DNA of 64,000 nucleotides from Catajapyx aquilonaris. Taxonomy: Eukaryota. The stretch is taken from assembly GCA_000934665.2 (NCBI GenBank), contig KZ537957.1:1-64000 (forward strand), read 5' to 3'. Both the position numbers and the translations under genes were made by a program. The notes below the pieces were generated by a model, which worked only from the letters and a program-made list of their open reading frames with translations, made no database searches and had not been told where the DNA came from. Position 1 is the stretch's first letter; every line of letters begins with the position of its first letter. Shown one piece after another: positions 12,801 to 24,681 of the stretch.

Positions 12801-15800
12801 TGCTTGTAGTAACGCTCAAAGACATCCTTCTCCTGCAGGAAGCGGAACAAGACCATTGTCTTGTCCAGAACCAGCTCGATCTCCTGCTCTGTCATCTGAA
12901 TCAAGAGAAAGAAGGTAAAGCTTAGCAAAGCCTTACTTAATCACACCAAGCATGTGTATGTTATACTGACCCCCTTGACTCCTTTCTTCAGCTTATCATC
13001 AATAAACAAGGAGAGGTATTCTGGTGATTTGGTATTCAGGTTGAGGAAGTACTCAAAGTCGGATGCTATCATTTGCTTGAAAATTTTGTCATTGTTGAAA
13101 GAGTTGTAGAGGAAGTGGTCGAACCTATCTTTTAAGTCCAGCAAGTTCTGCAACGAAATTGTCAAAATTCAGAAACAGTACCTAACACATTATTTTCAAG
13201 CACCATTCTGTTTGCAGCACCAGTACTATGGGGCCGTCCATAAATCACGTGATGCTGCTGGGGGGGGGGTTATGCATCAGAGTCACCCATGCACTTGGTA
13301 TTGCNGGGGGGTTCTGAGCATATATCGCGTGACATTTACACATCGTGAAAATGGAGCCGGGGCGCACTTCCTTTTGGGTCTAGTTCCTTGAATATGCGAG
13401 ACATTTTTAAAGACTATTTCACTCTAGTTGATTTTTTCCGCTTTCGGCTACAAGACGGAGATAATCGAATTTAATTATTTCAAACTCAATGCCAGCACTG
13501 CCTCTTGGGTCTTAGTGTTTGTCTCTTTTAATATGCCACCGTTTATATGTCTTGCAATATAGCATTGTCAAGTACGAATGCAGTCTCAATTGGAACAAAA
13601 AATATTGCGTGACACAGGGGCGGGGAGGGGGGTTTACCTCAAATGCCATGATGGGTCACATGGGGGGAGGGGGGTCGAAAATGGCCCAAAGAAGTGTCAC
13701 GTGATTTATGGACAGCCCCTATAAATCCTGCTGGCCTGCACATTAAAAAAAATTCACATTTACTTAGCCACAGTTCCAGAATCAAGGACTTGAAAAGTTC
13801 CAAATCCCCAGAGCTATTATTAGCTACCTTTTAGGATCCCATAGAATTTCTGCTACTGCAGTACTAGCAAAATAGCAACTATTTACTATCCTAGGTGCAT
13901 GCCATGCATTTTTCCCTTGGGTAAAATGTGGGGGCAAGCTGAAACTCCGCTCCCCCCATCTGCTTTCCATCTTAACTTCAGTTAGTCATTAATCAAGGAA
14001 CCTTGATTAATGACTAACTGAAGTTTTCCCGCCAATTTTGAAGGCACTTTTAAATAGGCTATAATTTATCCAGTAATGTAATTTTGATGCAACAGAGTGA
14101 CGGAATGTGTGTTTACAGGCATGGGCTAGCGATTTATGAACAAAAATCCCAAATCCCAGACCAAGGCTAGGACCCCATTACTCCAGCCTATCAGAGACAA
14201 CGTGACGTCAGAGTTTGGCGACTCTCTTCCAAGAGCCTCTCTAATGCATCCCTTAAAAAATATCCAATAGTTGACCATTTCCAGAATGAATTGGTATTTT
14301 TTTACTCATGTTTCATACACACAACCTACAGTAGGAATAAACCTTGGAATAATAGGACCCCCTTAGATGCACTTCTACCTTTTAATTATGGTCGCATTCC
14401 CAAGTAAGGGCAAGATTAAGTAGCAACTGGAAAGCGAACCACATGGACACAATAATAGAAGCACCAATTATCATCAGGTACTCATATAGGTGACCTGTCC
14501 TTACTTCGACCCTAAGTAATCATTTTGTTTGCCGACTCCTAGTTAACGGAAATCTGCCGAAGGCCGCCTGGAACCTCACGCTTTTCCTGTTTCCAAGGAA
14601 ATGTCCTCAAACAACAATAAGAGTCAACATTGTTCTTTTTTGTTGACACTTTTTACTCTTATTGTTGTGTGAGAACTTTTCCATGGAAACTTGAAAAGTG
14701 TGAGGTTCCAGGGGGCCTTCCGTTGACTAGGATGCAGTAAACAAAAGGACGACATAGGGTCGAAGTAAGGGCAGGCTGCCTATAAACAGGTGTCACTGCC
14801 CAATATTGTACTGTGATCTGTCAAAGTTTGTGTTTAAAAAAGGCAGTTTTTCAGCCTCCCCACTATGGCAACGTGAAAATATCCTTGGGGAGGGTTTAAA
14901 TCCATCAAATTACTTGTCTTTACCAATATTGTGGGGCCTCAGTAATGCTTTTTAAACTGTCACCAAGTTATAGCTAGGCATGCAAAAATGCAAAGAACCA
15001 CTAACCTGTACATATGTGATAGCATTGGTCCCACCTTCCTCTTCCTGCACTAGCGCTTTTCCCTGCTCCCGCAAATACTGGCTGACACAGTCAGACATGG
15101 TCTTGAGCCCGTCATGCACTCGACTGAACAACTTGTACATGCACGCTAGGTCCTCTGTTTTTTGGTTCTTCAGCATGTGCACCACGCCTGAGTTCTCCAT
15201 TTCCACAATGGTCTTCATGTGCTTCTTAATCAGTTCCTCTTCCACCACCTCCACAATTCGGGGCTCTGTTGACTCGTCTAGGTAGTGTTTGGCACGCTCA
15301 GCCTCCTCGTTGATTCGTGCCTCCACTTTCTTAATATACACTGACGCGCTGTTCTCCCCAAGGAACTTCTGGCTTTCCATCCGGTAGAACTCAGCAGACT
15401 GTTGCAAAAAGGGCCGCTCAAAGTCCTCTTCATACACTGAGCGCCCATCAATTCCCAGGACCATCAGCATTTGGCAGGCATTCTTGATGGCCAGCCGGTC
15501 CACCACTTCCCCACGACGTTCCCTCATCACCATGTCCAGAAGGGTGTCACGAAGGTGGTCACGAATGCACCCATACCGCACCACCTGCGCGGCGACGCAC
15601 ATGTTTCTCAGGAGACACTTTTAGTATACAGGTGGAAATAGGCAGTAAGGGGCTAAGCAAGAGTCAAGCAGCAGGGTGGGAAAACTTCCGTGTACAGGTC
15701 TGAAGCCTGTTTGGCATGGTGCAAGATGGGTTGCCTATGGTACACACAGGTCAACCCCTCTGATGAAACGTAGAAGCACAAAAGAATGCTAACAAATAAT

Positions 15801-18800
15801 ATGGGAATCTGTATGGCATCCATTTGGTTTCAAGTGCAGATATTTGGCGGAAAATGTGCATGTAATAGTGTGAACAGATCAATTCAGTCAGGATTGCAAA
15901 GAGTGACATTCTACAGATATTTCTAATTTGCAATCATCTTTGATCTTCAAACGGGTGCAGGAGTTAGCTGGAATGCACATTAATTCTCATCTAATTTTTA
16001 CGGCAACAGTACAGGGTGTTCCAGAGTTGACGACTCACTCTTTGAAACGCAATTACTTTCGAACGGAACAACATATTTATTTAATGTACATACCAAAACA
16101 TCAAGGAAATACTAACTTAAGACCTGTTCTCCATGGTATGGTCAACCACCCCCCCTTCCATGTCGATACAGGCCTGCAATCGCAAGGCGACGTTGTCGCA
16201 CACCTTCCGACAGAAGTCAACAGGGATCGCGTTGAACTCCTGTGTGATTATGTCACGCAGATGCTCCAGGGAGCCGATTCGATGGTGGTAATACTGGTAA
16301 ACCTTTTCCATCATATAACCCCACAAGCATCGGACTGATTTTGCTTTTGCTGGAGAACTTTCCAGTGCATCTCGGATGCGCTGTTTGTTTTCTGCATTCA
16401 CAACTGTTTTCCCTTTGCTGGGGTTATTTTGATCCAAGACACTTCCAGTTTCATCGAACCGTTGGTTTATCCTCGCAACAGTTTTTCGGGTAGGAGCCCG
16501 TCCACCGAAAAGGTTTGCCATTTGACTGCACACTTCTGTAACATTTTTTGTCACTGAATACAGTCGAACACACTGGACACGTTTCTCTAATGACAGTCTT
16601 GCTTCGGCCATTTTTGTTGCAAGACCTGAGCATTGCTTTAGTACTGCCACCTACATGGAAGATTTTCGCACCCTCCCTTGATGTTTTGGTACGTACTTTA
16701 AATAAATATGTTGTTCCGTTCGAAAGTAATTGCGTTTCAAAGAGTGAGTCGTCAACTCTGGAACACCCTGTAGATGAAGCCAAACTGAAAGGTTCACGTT
16801 GTTCTTCAAAAATGATATTTCATGAAACTGATGACTACACAATGTGGCATGCAATGGCACATTATAACATGGATATCGATATATCAATTTCATTGAACCT
16901 TCATTTTGACACACAAGATCCAACTCCAGAATTGGGCCTTCTGTTCCATTGCTACAAAAATTAAAATCAAAAGTTTGCACAAACCAATCTTGCGCACCTT
17001 TTCCATGAAAGCTCATTGTGCCTGGAGCCAAATGGATGCCATCCAGATTTCCTACTTTGTCCGGGAGAATTTACAGACTATCATTTCTCAAATGTAAAAA
17101 ATTACATTGCTTTTCATTAAAATTGCACTATGGAAGAATCAATCAATTACAGATGGGTCATTCCATGTCGGTTCAGCCCTGTTTGGACCCTTGATGTGGC
17201 AGATTTGAATGATATTCACAGGTTATGGTGACACAGCATTGCTGAACATTGTACCAAAGCGTTTTGAAATTTTTTGATTTTTACCAGTTTTTTGATTTTT
17301 TTTTTTTTGGGGGGGGGGGGGNNNNNTTAATTTTGAGCCTTTTCTTTTGGCTGTTTCTCCGCAACTAATCGTGACACAGTGGATGTGCTTTTGATATAAA
17401 TTGACACAGAAAGGTTGATATAATTGTATGCTATGGTTAATTTTAAAATTTCAAATTTTTGTGTTAAAATATTTAAATTTCAAATTTTAAACATTAATTT
17501 TTTTTTAAATACATACATTTATTTCTCGCTGGTTTTGAGTGATGTAGCCCTATACATGTTACCTACATGTGGCCATATCAGACCTGTTGGCAAGTATAAT
17601 ACTTGCCAACAGGACTAATATGGCCACATGTAGGTAACATAATTATAGGGCTACAACATAACTCAAAACCAGAGAAAAATAAATATACGTATTTAAAAAA
17701 TTTAATGTTTAACATTTGAAATTTAAATATTTTTAACACAAAAAGTTGAAATTTTAAAATTAACCATAGCATACGATTATATCAACCTTTCTCAGTAAAT
17801 TGATATCAAAAGCACATGTGTGTCACGATTAGTTGCGGAGAAACAGGAAAACGAAAAATGGCTCACAAAGAAAATACTCAAAATTACCCCCCTCCCCCCC
17901 CCCCCAACTGGTAAAAATCAAAAAATTTCAAAACGCTTTGGTACAATGTTTTCGCAACGCTGTGTCACCATAACCTGTGAATATCTTTCAAATCCGCCAC
18001 ATCAAACAGGGCCAAACAGACATGGAATGACCCAGATGTTTTTAAAATGTTTCCTTCCCCATATGCTGATATTACTGTGAATGGTGAAACTCGGCTACAT
18101 AAACCCATGTTTGGTTCAAACATTCCACCTAACATGGGTTCTGACACATATTCTAAAACAACTGCCATTTTCAGGCATTCTATTAGTGTTCAACCCAAAG
18201 TGGAAACCCTTGCTTTTCCTTGACAACACTAAAGCATCAAGAGAGGAACAGATCACATTGATAGAATTTCAATAGTAACATTTACCTCATGGGATTCGTG
18301 ATGTCTCTCTGTCTGGAAGAAGATAATTCTTCAGTTGTCTCTAGTCTCTATTAATAGGACAACTACAGAGCCACTCCCACTTGCAGATTTTTGCTGCAGA
18401 AGCCTGTTCCGAACTACACATGCTAAATGAACACCTCCAGAAACTGTCAGGCTCATAAATGCATATCTACGTTTTGTCCATATTTACTGCTAAGCCTTTC
18501 ATCAATGAAAATAACATGCTTGAAACTTTGTTCTTATAATAAGTTACAACTTCCTCAAGACTTGCTGAAATAGGTGCTTGAGAAAGCAAAGACCTCTGTC
18601 ATCCAAAATAACTAATACAAATCACAAAGGTGGCAGTGGTTTCCCATGGAATCTACTGGATCTGAAGATGTCAGAAGACTCCCTCAAAATCATGTGGAAA
18701 CCACACCCTAGGATTGGAACCCAACTTGCACCATCAGTTCACATGGGACATTACTGGAAAAAATACCTGATAAATATGCAGTAGCAATTAAAATCTCAAT

Positions 18801-21800
18801 GAATAGTGTTAGTTACTACATACTTTCACAAATGCTTTGTGATTAGGGGAGTTAGTATTGTGGCAAGGTACTACACATCCTCATAAGGTACCTGATTGCA
18901 AAAATTATTTGCGTGGCAGTCACAGTCCATCACTGCCTGCCCACAAGCTCAAGCAAAGACCTGCACAGCCTGTAGACGCAAGTTCTGCCCCCAGCCAAGC
19001 ATCAAAAGGTCAATCCTTACCTGATCTCGGAAGATGATGAGTCCGAGGTTGTAAACATTATCCACATTGTTCTGTTGAACATACACGCGGTCCATGTACA
19101 TGAGGATGTCTCGGATCATCACCATGGAGGTCTGGTGGTCATTCCAAGCCTGATTTAGGGTTAGCAGGAAGTTGTTGTGTAACGCCTTCAGCACATCTTC
19201 CCGCACTTTGTTTTCCAGGTGCTGCGTCACCACCTCCTTCAGCCCCGTATACAGGCGCTCCCCGTGTTTGTGCAGGACCATGGTGTAGGCATTGCGATAC
19301 AGCTCCTCGAAGCTCAGTCCAGAGTTGTTTTTCTTCTGGATCTCCTGGATGGCATTCTTTAACAGGGCCCATATGCTCTCCACATACTTCTCATCCATGG
19401 TCATCTGTAAGGGATTTGTTTAACACTTCATTTGTAGGGTCAGGAAACAACGATCACATTATGTCCACTGCAACTGCTCATCACCTTGACTCTGTTGCCT
19501 GTTCCATTTTCTTATTACAATGTTTACACCTGGATGTCATCCAATGAAAGCACGTCATATTTTTTGCAGCGCTAAATCAGTGTCATTCAAATACCAGAAT
19601 TCTCACGTTTTCTATTCATGCACATAAACTGGGTTCACAAGAGCAATTTCACCAAAAGAAAGTTTATTTTGCTATGAGATGGGCAAACATATACGGTTTT
19701 CACTAAGCAATTTAATCACACAACAGATCAAGGGCCCATGCTGTCCACCCTGTTTCACCCTGGACATGGGGTCTTGTTCTATTGGCCAATTCAATTACAT
19801 TTACGTAATGGCTTTCTGACTAATGTAATCAGTTACATAGAACTAGTCATTAACATAAATGAGTTACGCACTTTCACCTTCCCCATCTCCAAAAGGTTTT
19901 CACGTAACTCGTTGATTTTCGTAATCTCCAATCTTGATAAATGTAAATGATCAACCAGAATGCCAGTTCACCTTATGATGCAGTATAATGCAGCACCAGA
20001 AGTAGCATGAAGCAGCAGGTAAAAACTGAATTTCATGGCCTAACTGACAAACCGTCAATAAGTTTCCATGGCCACCACAAATTGCAGAAAAATTACATTA
20101 TTTTCCCGAATTTGGCACTAGGCGTATTCGGCAATTCAGGAATCTGACTTCCTGGGCTGTTTGGATGTTCGGCAAATCAGGTGCCACGCCCCCTGAAGTA
20201 AGTGCGCATGCGCCCTACCTGACTTCCCAAGCTCAGGAACTTAGTGTACTCCTGACCTGACTTACTTGCTGAGAAACAATTAACAAACAAATTATTGTTA
20301 TGGATGCAGCAGTGTTGCCAATGCAAAATGCCCGAAAACCCCGCGAGAGGACCTGAAAATACCCGATTTTACCCGCGTTTTCATTTTACCCGCACCATTA
20401 CCCGCAAGCGTCCGAAATACGGCACCGAAATACCCGAACATTGGCATATCACTGGGATGCAGCACAGGCGGGTAGGGGGGTCTCTCAGTTCGGCCGTTCG
20501 GCAATGATCTTCTGAGGGGCAGGGCTAACAACTCAGATATCACGTGACCCATCTCAGAATAATCTGAATTGCCGAATACGCCTACTATTGTCCCCCAAAA
20601 ATCTGAACCAATGTAAAAGTTGACGGAGTTTAGGAAGTCCTAGTCAATCCAAAGTAAAACCTGGGTAAGTCAAATGAAGTCAGATCAATCAACCACACAC
20701 AACCAAGGCGGTGATAATGTGGAGGGCCACTAAATAAGCTAGCACCTACACTTTCTGATGCTTGGTATACATTACAATCTCATGTGCTGGTTTTCAGTAT
20801 CCAGATTGAAACCCAAAATGAGTCTAGCCATCCAATTCCTGAATGTGTAAGGACCATTTGCAATTACCCAGCAAGCAAATGTTCCTAAAGACCTTATGAG
20901 TACACGAGACACCTAATTATGTGACCGGTGGGAGCACCATGCCAACAGAAGGCTTATTTCGGTCAGTTTTGAATCACACTGTCAGCGATTTTGTATTGGC
21001 CTGCTCTACCAGGCTGTGTCCATTTGGCAACAGTGGTGGTGAACTGTCTGGAAATCAACAATGGGGAAGTCCAAGGACTGCCCCCAGAACTAGTTCAGAG
21101 CAGCAAAACACACAAGTCAAATTATTGCCAGTAATTAATAAAATTACATTATTACATTTGCACTGTACGCCCAATTATCTGGGTGTAGATTACCAGTGTT
21201 GCTGATTATCGTTGCATCACCAAAAAAAAAAAAGCCCCACAGAATGTCAATATGACTTGCTAAGAAAGAAATCTATATAACAGATTTTTCCCAGACGTCA
21301 AACTATAAAATAATATAATATTGTAAGTTTTATTTTAATTAAACCTTATTTAAAGCAGCATACAGTTTGTACAGTAAAGTAGTTCATTAAAAACCATGTG
21401 AATAGCTCATTTTTACTTTATGTACGACCATTTTAGGATTATGTGTGTTCTTCAATTATCCAGACACACCTGTGCATTCATTAGTACAGATAATTGGAAG
21501 TACAGAGAGAGAGAGAAGTGTACAGAAGATTGCTATATCATCACATATGCACACACAATAATGATGTAACTGTAGCATATAGAGTACATTATAGTGACAA
21601 ATGACTGTGCACTCAATGACATCAATATTGTCAAGCTTGGTTTAATATTTGTCAAAATAAATAAACAAACAAATAAAGGTCATATTTCATAACTTGTACT
21701 GCTAGAACATTATGACAGGCAGATACACCTTCACACACACATATATCAGTTTCCACCTATGCATTGCAATGGAAGAAATCTCTGCCACCCTTCTTGTTTA

Positions 21801-24681
21801 ATACTGTTCTACCCCATCAATCACTCACCCTTAATTAACTCAGGCCACTTACAGCTACCTAAGCAAACAACCTTACCCTCAGCTCCATTCACGATCCTTT
21901 TGACCGGGATGCATTACAAGGCTAAATACTCCCTTCCATTCCTAATACAAGAATATCCTATGATCTGGAATGTTTCAGTAAATCTACAGTAACTAAGCCT
22001 GATACTTTCAACATGATGGGAACGTTGTGGACACTCCTACACTGAATGAAACATGCTTGATCATTGTGCAGTTCAAGATCACACGTGCAAAAACCACAAC
22101 TTTGCATATTGTGCAAGAACTGTGAGCACATAACAATATCCCTTCACCTTCCTTATCCCTTCATGTGCAAATACAAGGAGATAATATTCAAAGGCAATTA
22201 AATAGAACAGGTTAATGAAAATTTATCTCAAAAAAGCATATTCTGAGTGGACCATTGCTCTACTTGTGTATGAAAATCAATCTTCCCTGTGACCTTCCAG
22301 CAAAGAGAAAACCAACAACACACGAACTATGAGTCTCAATCCCGAATGACTACATGGCCATTTTCATGGCACAAAAGGTTCTTTATCAAATCATATCCTG
22401 ATTGCATAATGGCTACTCTCCTCAGCCAAGATTATGATATTCAAGACATGACCAAAACTCTCTGTAGCTTTTCTGGGCATGGCAACTGACCTATATTTAT
22501 TTCACTGCATGAAATGTTCCCATTAGTCTGGTAAATATCTCTCAATTGGAGCAGCTACTGGCCATTCAGCCAATGGCTACTGACCCAGGAATTGATCCAG
22601 AATATGCAACAAACATACCAGTTGCATGGGTATTTCTATAACCATTCAAGACCAGGTTTTTGCCACAGGCTTCTCAGAATGGTGCAGCTACATAGCTGAC
22701 TTACCCCGGGTGTGCACTTCCCCCACTTCACCTTATATCGATATATCCAGCTTTCAAGGAATTAAACATGTCACAAGGCATGCTTTCAGCCATTCATTTG
22801 GTCAACTTTAAAAAATTTAACTCCCACCCTGCACCAGAACAAATTATCACAAGTTTTATTGTTGAAGCTGATGAGCTCTCTGTAACAACAGGATGGAGGG
22901 GCGGATGCCCCGTGGGGTTTTTGGGTTTGCAAAAACACAAAAAACCACCCATCTTATTAGGGTTACAATCTGAACAGGGAGATATTTGGGTCACTTATCA
23001 TGTTTAAGTGCTTAAATTCACCACTAATACGCATTATTAATAATACACTGACACCAGTTTTTTAATTAAAAATCGATTTGATTGCAGGCCAATGTGATCA
23101 GATATCACAGATTTCATAATCTGTTATTTTATCCGTTTTCCAGATGTTCCCCAACCATATAAAGATCAAACCAACCCACCGTAATCACTTTCAAGCGTGG
23201 CAAAAAATGCCCGGAACAATTGCACAAATGGCTTGGTGGTCTATCAGTTAACCAAGACATGAGCCTTGTGACATCAATAAGGATGGGCTGAATACCGTAC
23301 ATAGATGCTGTGGCCGGTATTACACATGATCATGTTTTTTGAATCTGAAGCAGAACTAAAGTTTCTAGCAGTTATTAGCAAGTAACCCTCATGCTGGCTA
23401 GGCAGCTTCAGCACACCCTCGCTTAGACCAGGTTGCACCATCATAGATTTTCCTTAAAACTCCAGGTTGATAGGAATTGTTGCTCAACAATTAGCAATGG
23501 TTTCAAGCTAAACCTGTGATGGTGCAAACCAGCATGAGACTAAGCATTGCCAACTACCCGAGAGAGAAAATGCATCAAACTCTTTCCTGGAAATTTCTGC
23601 CCACTACCTGTAAGAAACACTAATAATTTACAATGGAGAATCATAAAGTAACTTCACTCCAGAAACTCTAACTGACATAACCTTATGAAAGGGTAAGTCT
23701 TTCTCTACTTTCGACATAGTCACCATACACAATGATGCGTTTATCGCAGCGGGGCACTAGTTTTTCCATGTCAATCCATAAAAAAGCGCCAGGATGGCTG
23801 TGAAGCCAGTGACGGATGGCCTGTTTCACTTCATCATCGTCGCTGAAGTGTTGACCATAGACTTGCTTCTTCCAAACCATACTTGCTGGCTTACCATCTC
23901 TTCGGAGTTTCGGACCAATGAAGAAGAACCGGGCCAGCAACGACGAGGATGTGAAACTGGCCATCCGTCACTGGCTTCACAACCAGCCTGACGCTTTTCT
24001 ATGGGGTGGCATGAAAAAACTAGCATACTGGCGGGATAAATCAGTGTGTATGGTGACTACACTGAAAAGCAAAGAAAGACTTGCCCTTTCATAAGGGTAT
24101 GTCAGTTTGAGTTTCTGTAAGGAAGCTTCAAAATTTAAAAAGTTGTGGATTACTTTTTGAACCTCCCTCGTATACTGTATAACCTGGCCTATCTCACAAG
24201 CACATTTTGAAGTTAAGGCCGGTATCCACGTACGAGAATCTCGCATGCGAGGAGCCAGCTGCGCATGCCCAGATTCGAGGAAAGGGGAAAAAGTAGAAAA
24301 TTTTCTACTTTTTCCCCCTTTCCTCGAATCTGGGCATGTGCAGTTGGCTCCTCGCGGCTCCTCGTATGCGAGATTCTCGTACGTGGATACCGGCCTTTAG
24401 TGAAAGCAAAGTGCTCAGATTATCAAACATTGATCATGTCACTCACAAATGGTGCTATGATGCCAGGAAAAGCCAATGCACAAGCTCACACACTGGAACT
24501 GCACCTATAACAACACCCACAAAGAAATGCATGCCTCTCAAGCACCACTGCACATGTTGGTACTTGCACGTACGGAATGGCATGTGCACAAACTTCCTTG
24601 TAAAGACAAGGTAATGTGTAGACATACCGGGAAGGCCCTGATCCTCATCTTCCCCTCCTTCTTCTGGCCGCTCTTCATCAT
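9826..24681 (-). CDS. Cul3: Cullin-3, 771 aa; coding exons 24681-24628, 19404-19021, 15584-15006, 13147-12971, 12895-12725, 12617-12510, 12425-12301, 11684-11429, 10609-10440, 10373-10235, 10049-9922, 9850-9826
   Basis: Diagnostic peptides [69 protein letters not shown], neddylation region [13 protein letters not shown] and C-terminus [18 protein letters not shown]. All introns are GT-AG, phases are consistent, total 2316 nt. Confidence 0.97.
13230..13719. mobile_element. MITE in Cul3 intron, ~490 bp
   Basis: Terminal inverted repeats ggggccgtccataaatcacgtga / tcacgtgatttatggacagcccc, flanked on both sides by TAT (13227-29, 13720-22); no ORF. Confidence 0.82.
13974..14025. repeat. Perfect 25-bp inverted repeat with 2-nt loop
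   Basis: aacttcagttagtcattaatcaagg-aa-ccttgattaatgactaactgaagtt. Confidence 0.9.
14489..14780. mobile_element. Degenerate foldback MITE, ~290 bp
   Basis: Left arm ggtgacctgtccttacttcgacccta...ctggaacctcac...caacaataagagt pairs with right arm actcttattgttg...gtgaggttccag...tagggtcgaagtaagggcaggctgcc; TATA on both flanks. Confidence 0.75.
16012..16770 (-). mobile_element. Internally deleted Tc1/mariner-superfamily transposon, 759 bp, 95-bp TIRs, TA TSD
   Basis: TIRs 16012-16106 and 16676-16770 (cagggtgttccagagttgacgactcactc..., 2 mismatches seen); TA at 16010-11 and 16771-72. Internal ORF 16611->16117 has an N-terminal HTH-like region ([20 protein letters not shown]) and the transposase C-terminus ([10 protein letters not shown]...[15 protein letters not shown]). 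Confidence 0.92.
17155..18033. mobile_element. Long foldback (palindromic) DNA element, ~880 bp, 4-bp AGAT TSD
   Basis: Ends gggtcattccatgtc / gacatggaatgaccc. The arms pair almost to the centre (cctgttggcaagta-taa-tacttgccaacagg, ~17598). AGAT at 17151-54 and 18034-37. Confidence 0.88.
20120..20583. mobile_element. MITE (outer element of a nested pair)
   Basis: TIR aggcgtattcggcaattcag / ctgaattgccgaatacgcct. The TSD reads as ACT, or as TA if each end is drawn one base inward. Confidence 0.8.
20310..20454. mobile_element. 145-bp hAT-type MITE with perfect 8-bp TSD, nested in 20120-20583
   Basis: cagtgttgccaatg ... cattggcatatcactg, flanked by ggatgcag at 20302-09 and 20455-62; internal short acccg/cccga repeats. 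Confidence 0.85.
23631..24170. mobile_element. Mariner-derived foldback built from two inverted transposase 3' ends
   Basis: Minus-strand peptide [49 protein letters not shown] is a mariner transposase C-terminus. ~23655-23845 is an inverted copy of ~23933-24120. Right end ...tttttgaacctccctcg|TA; degenerate left end TA|caatggagaatcataaagtaac. Confidence 0.8.
24216..24396. mobile_element. PIF/Harbinger-type (Tourist-like) palindromic MITE, 181 bp, TTA TSD
   Basis: aggccggtatccacgtacgagaatctcgcatgcgaggagcc / ggctcctcgtatgcgagattctcgtacgtggataccggcct; TTA at 24213-15 and 24397-99. Confidence 0.88.

Noticed and set aside
15585..15602. In-frame ATG (MCVAAQ) just upstream of a Cul3 exon with a GC-rich acceptor
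   Set aside because: It lies within the intron end; there is no evidence for an internal start, and the normal splice restores FRDQ|VVRY.
17300..17326. N bases at 13305, 17322-26 and 41832
   Set aside because: All adjoin G homopolymers; sequencing or assembly uncertainty, not biology.
19860..19970. Protein-like minus-strand stretch ([22 protein letters not shown]) as a possible alternative Cul3 first exon
   Set aside because: An in-frame TGA lies just upstream, and there is no convincing start or acceptor.
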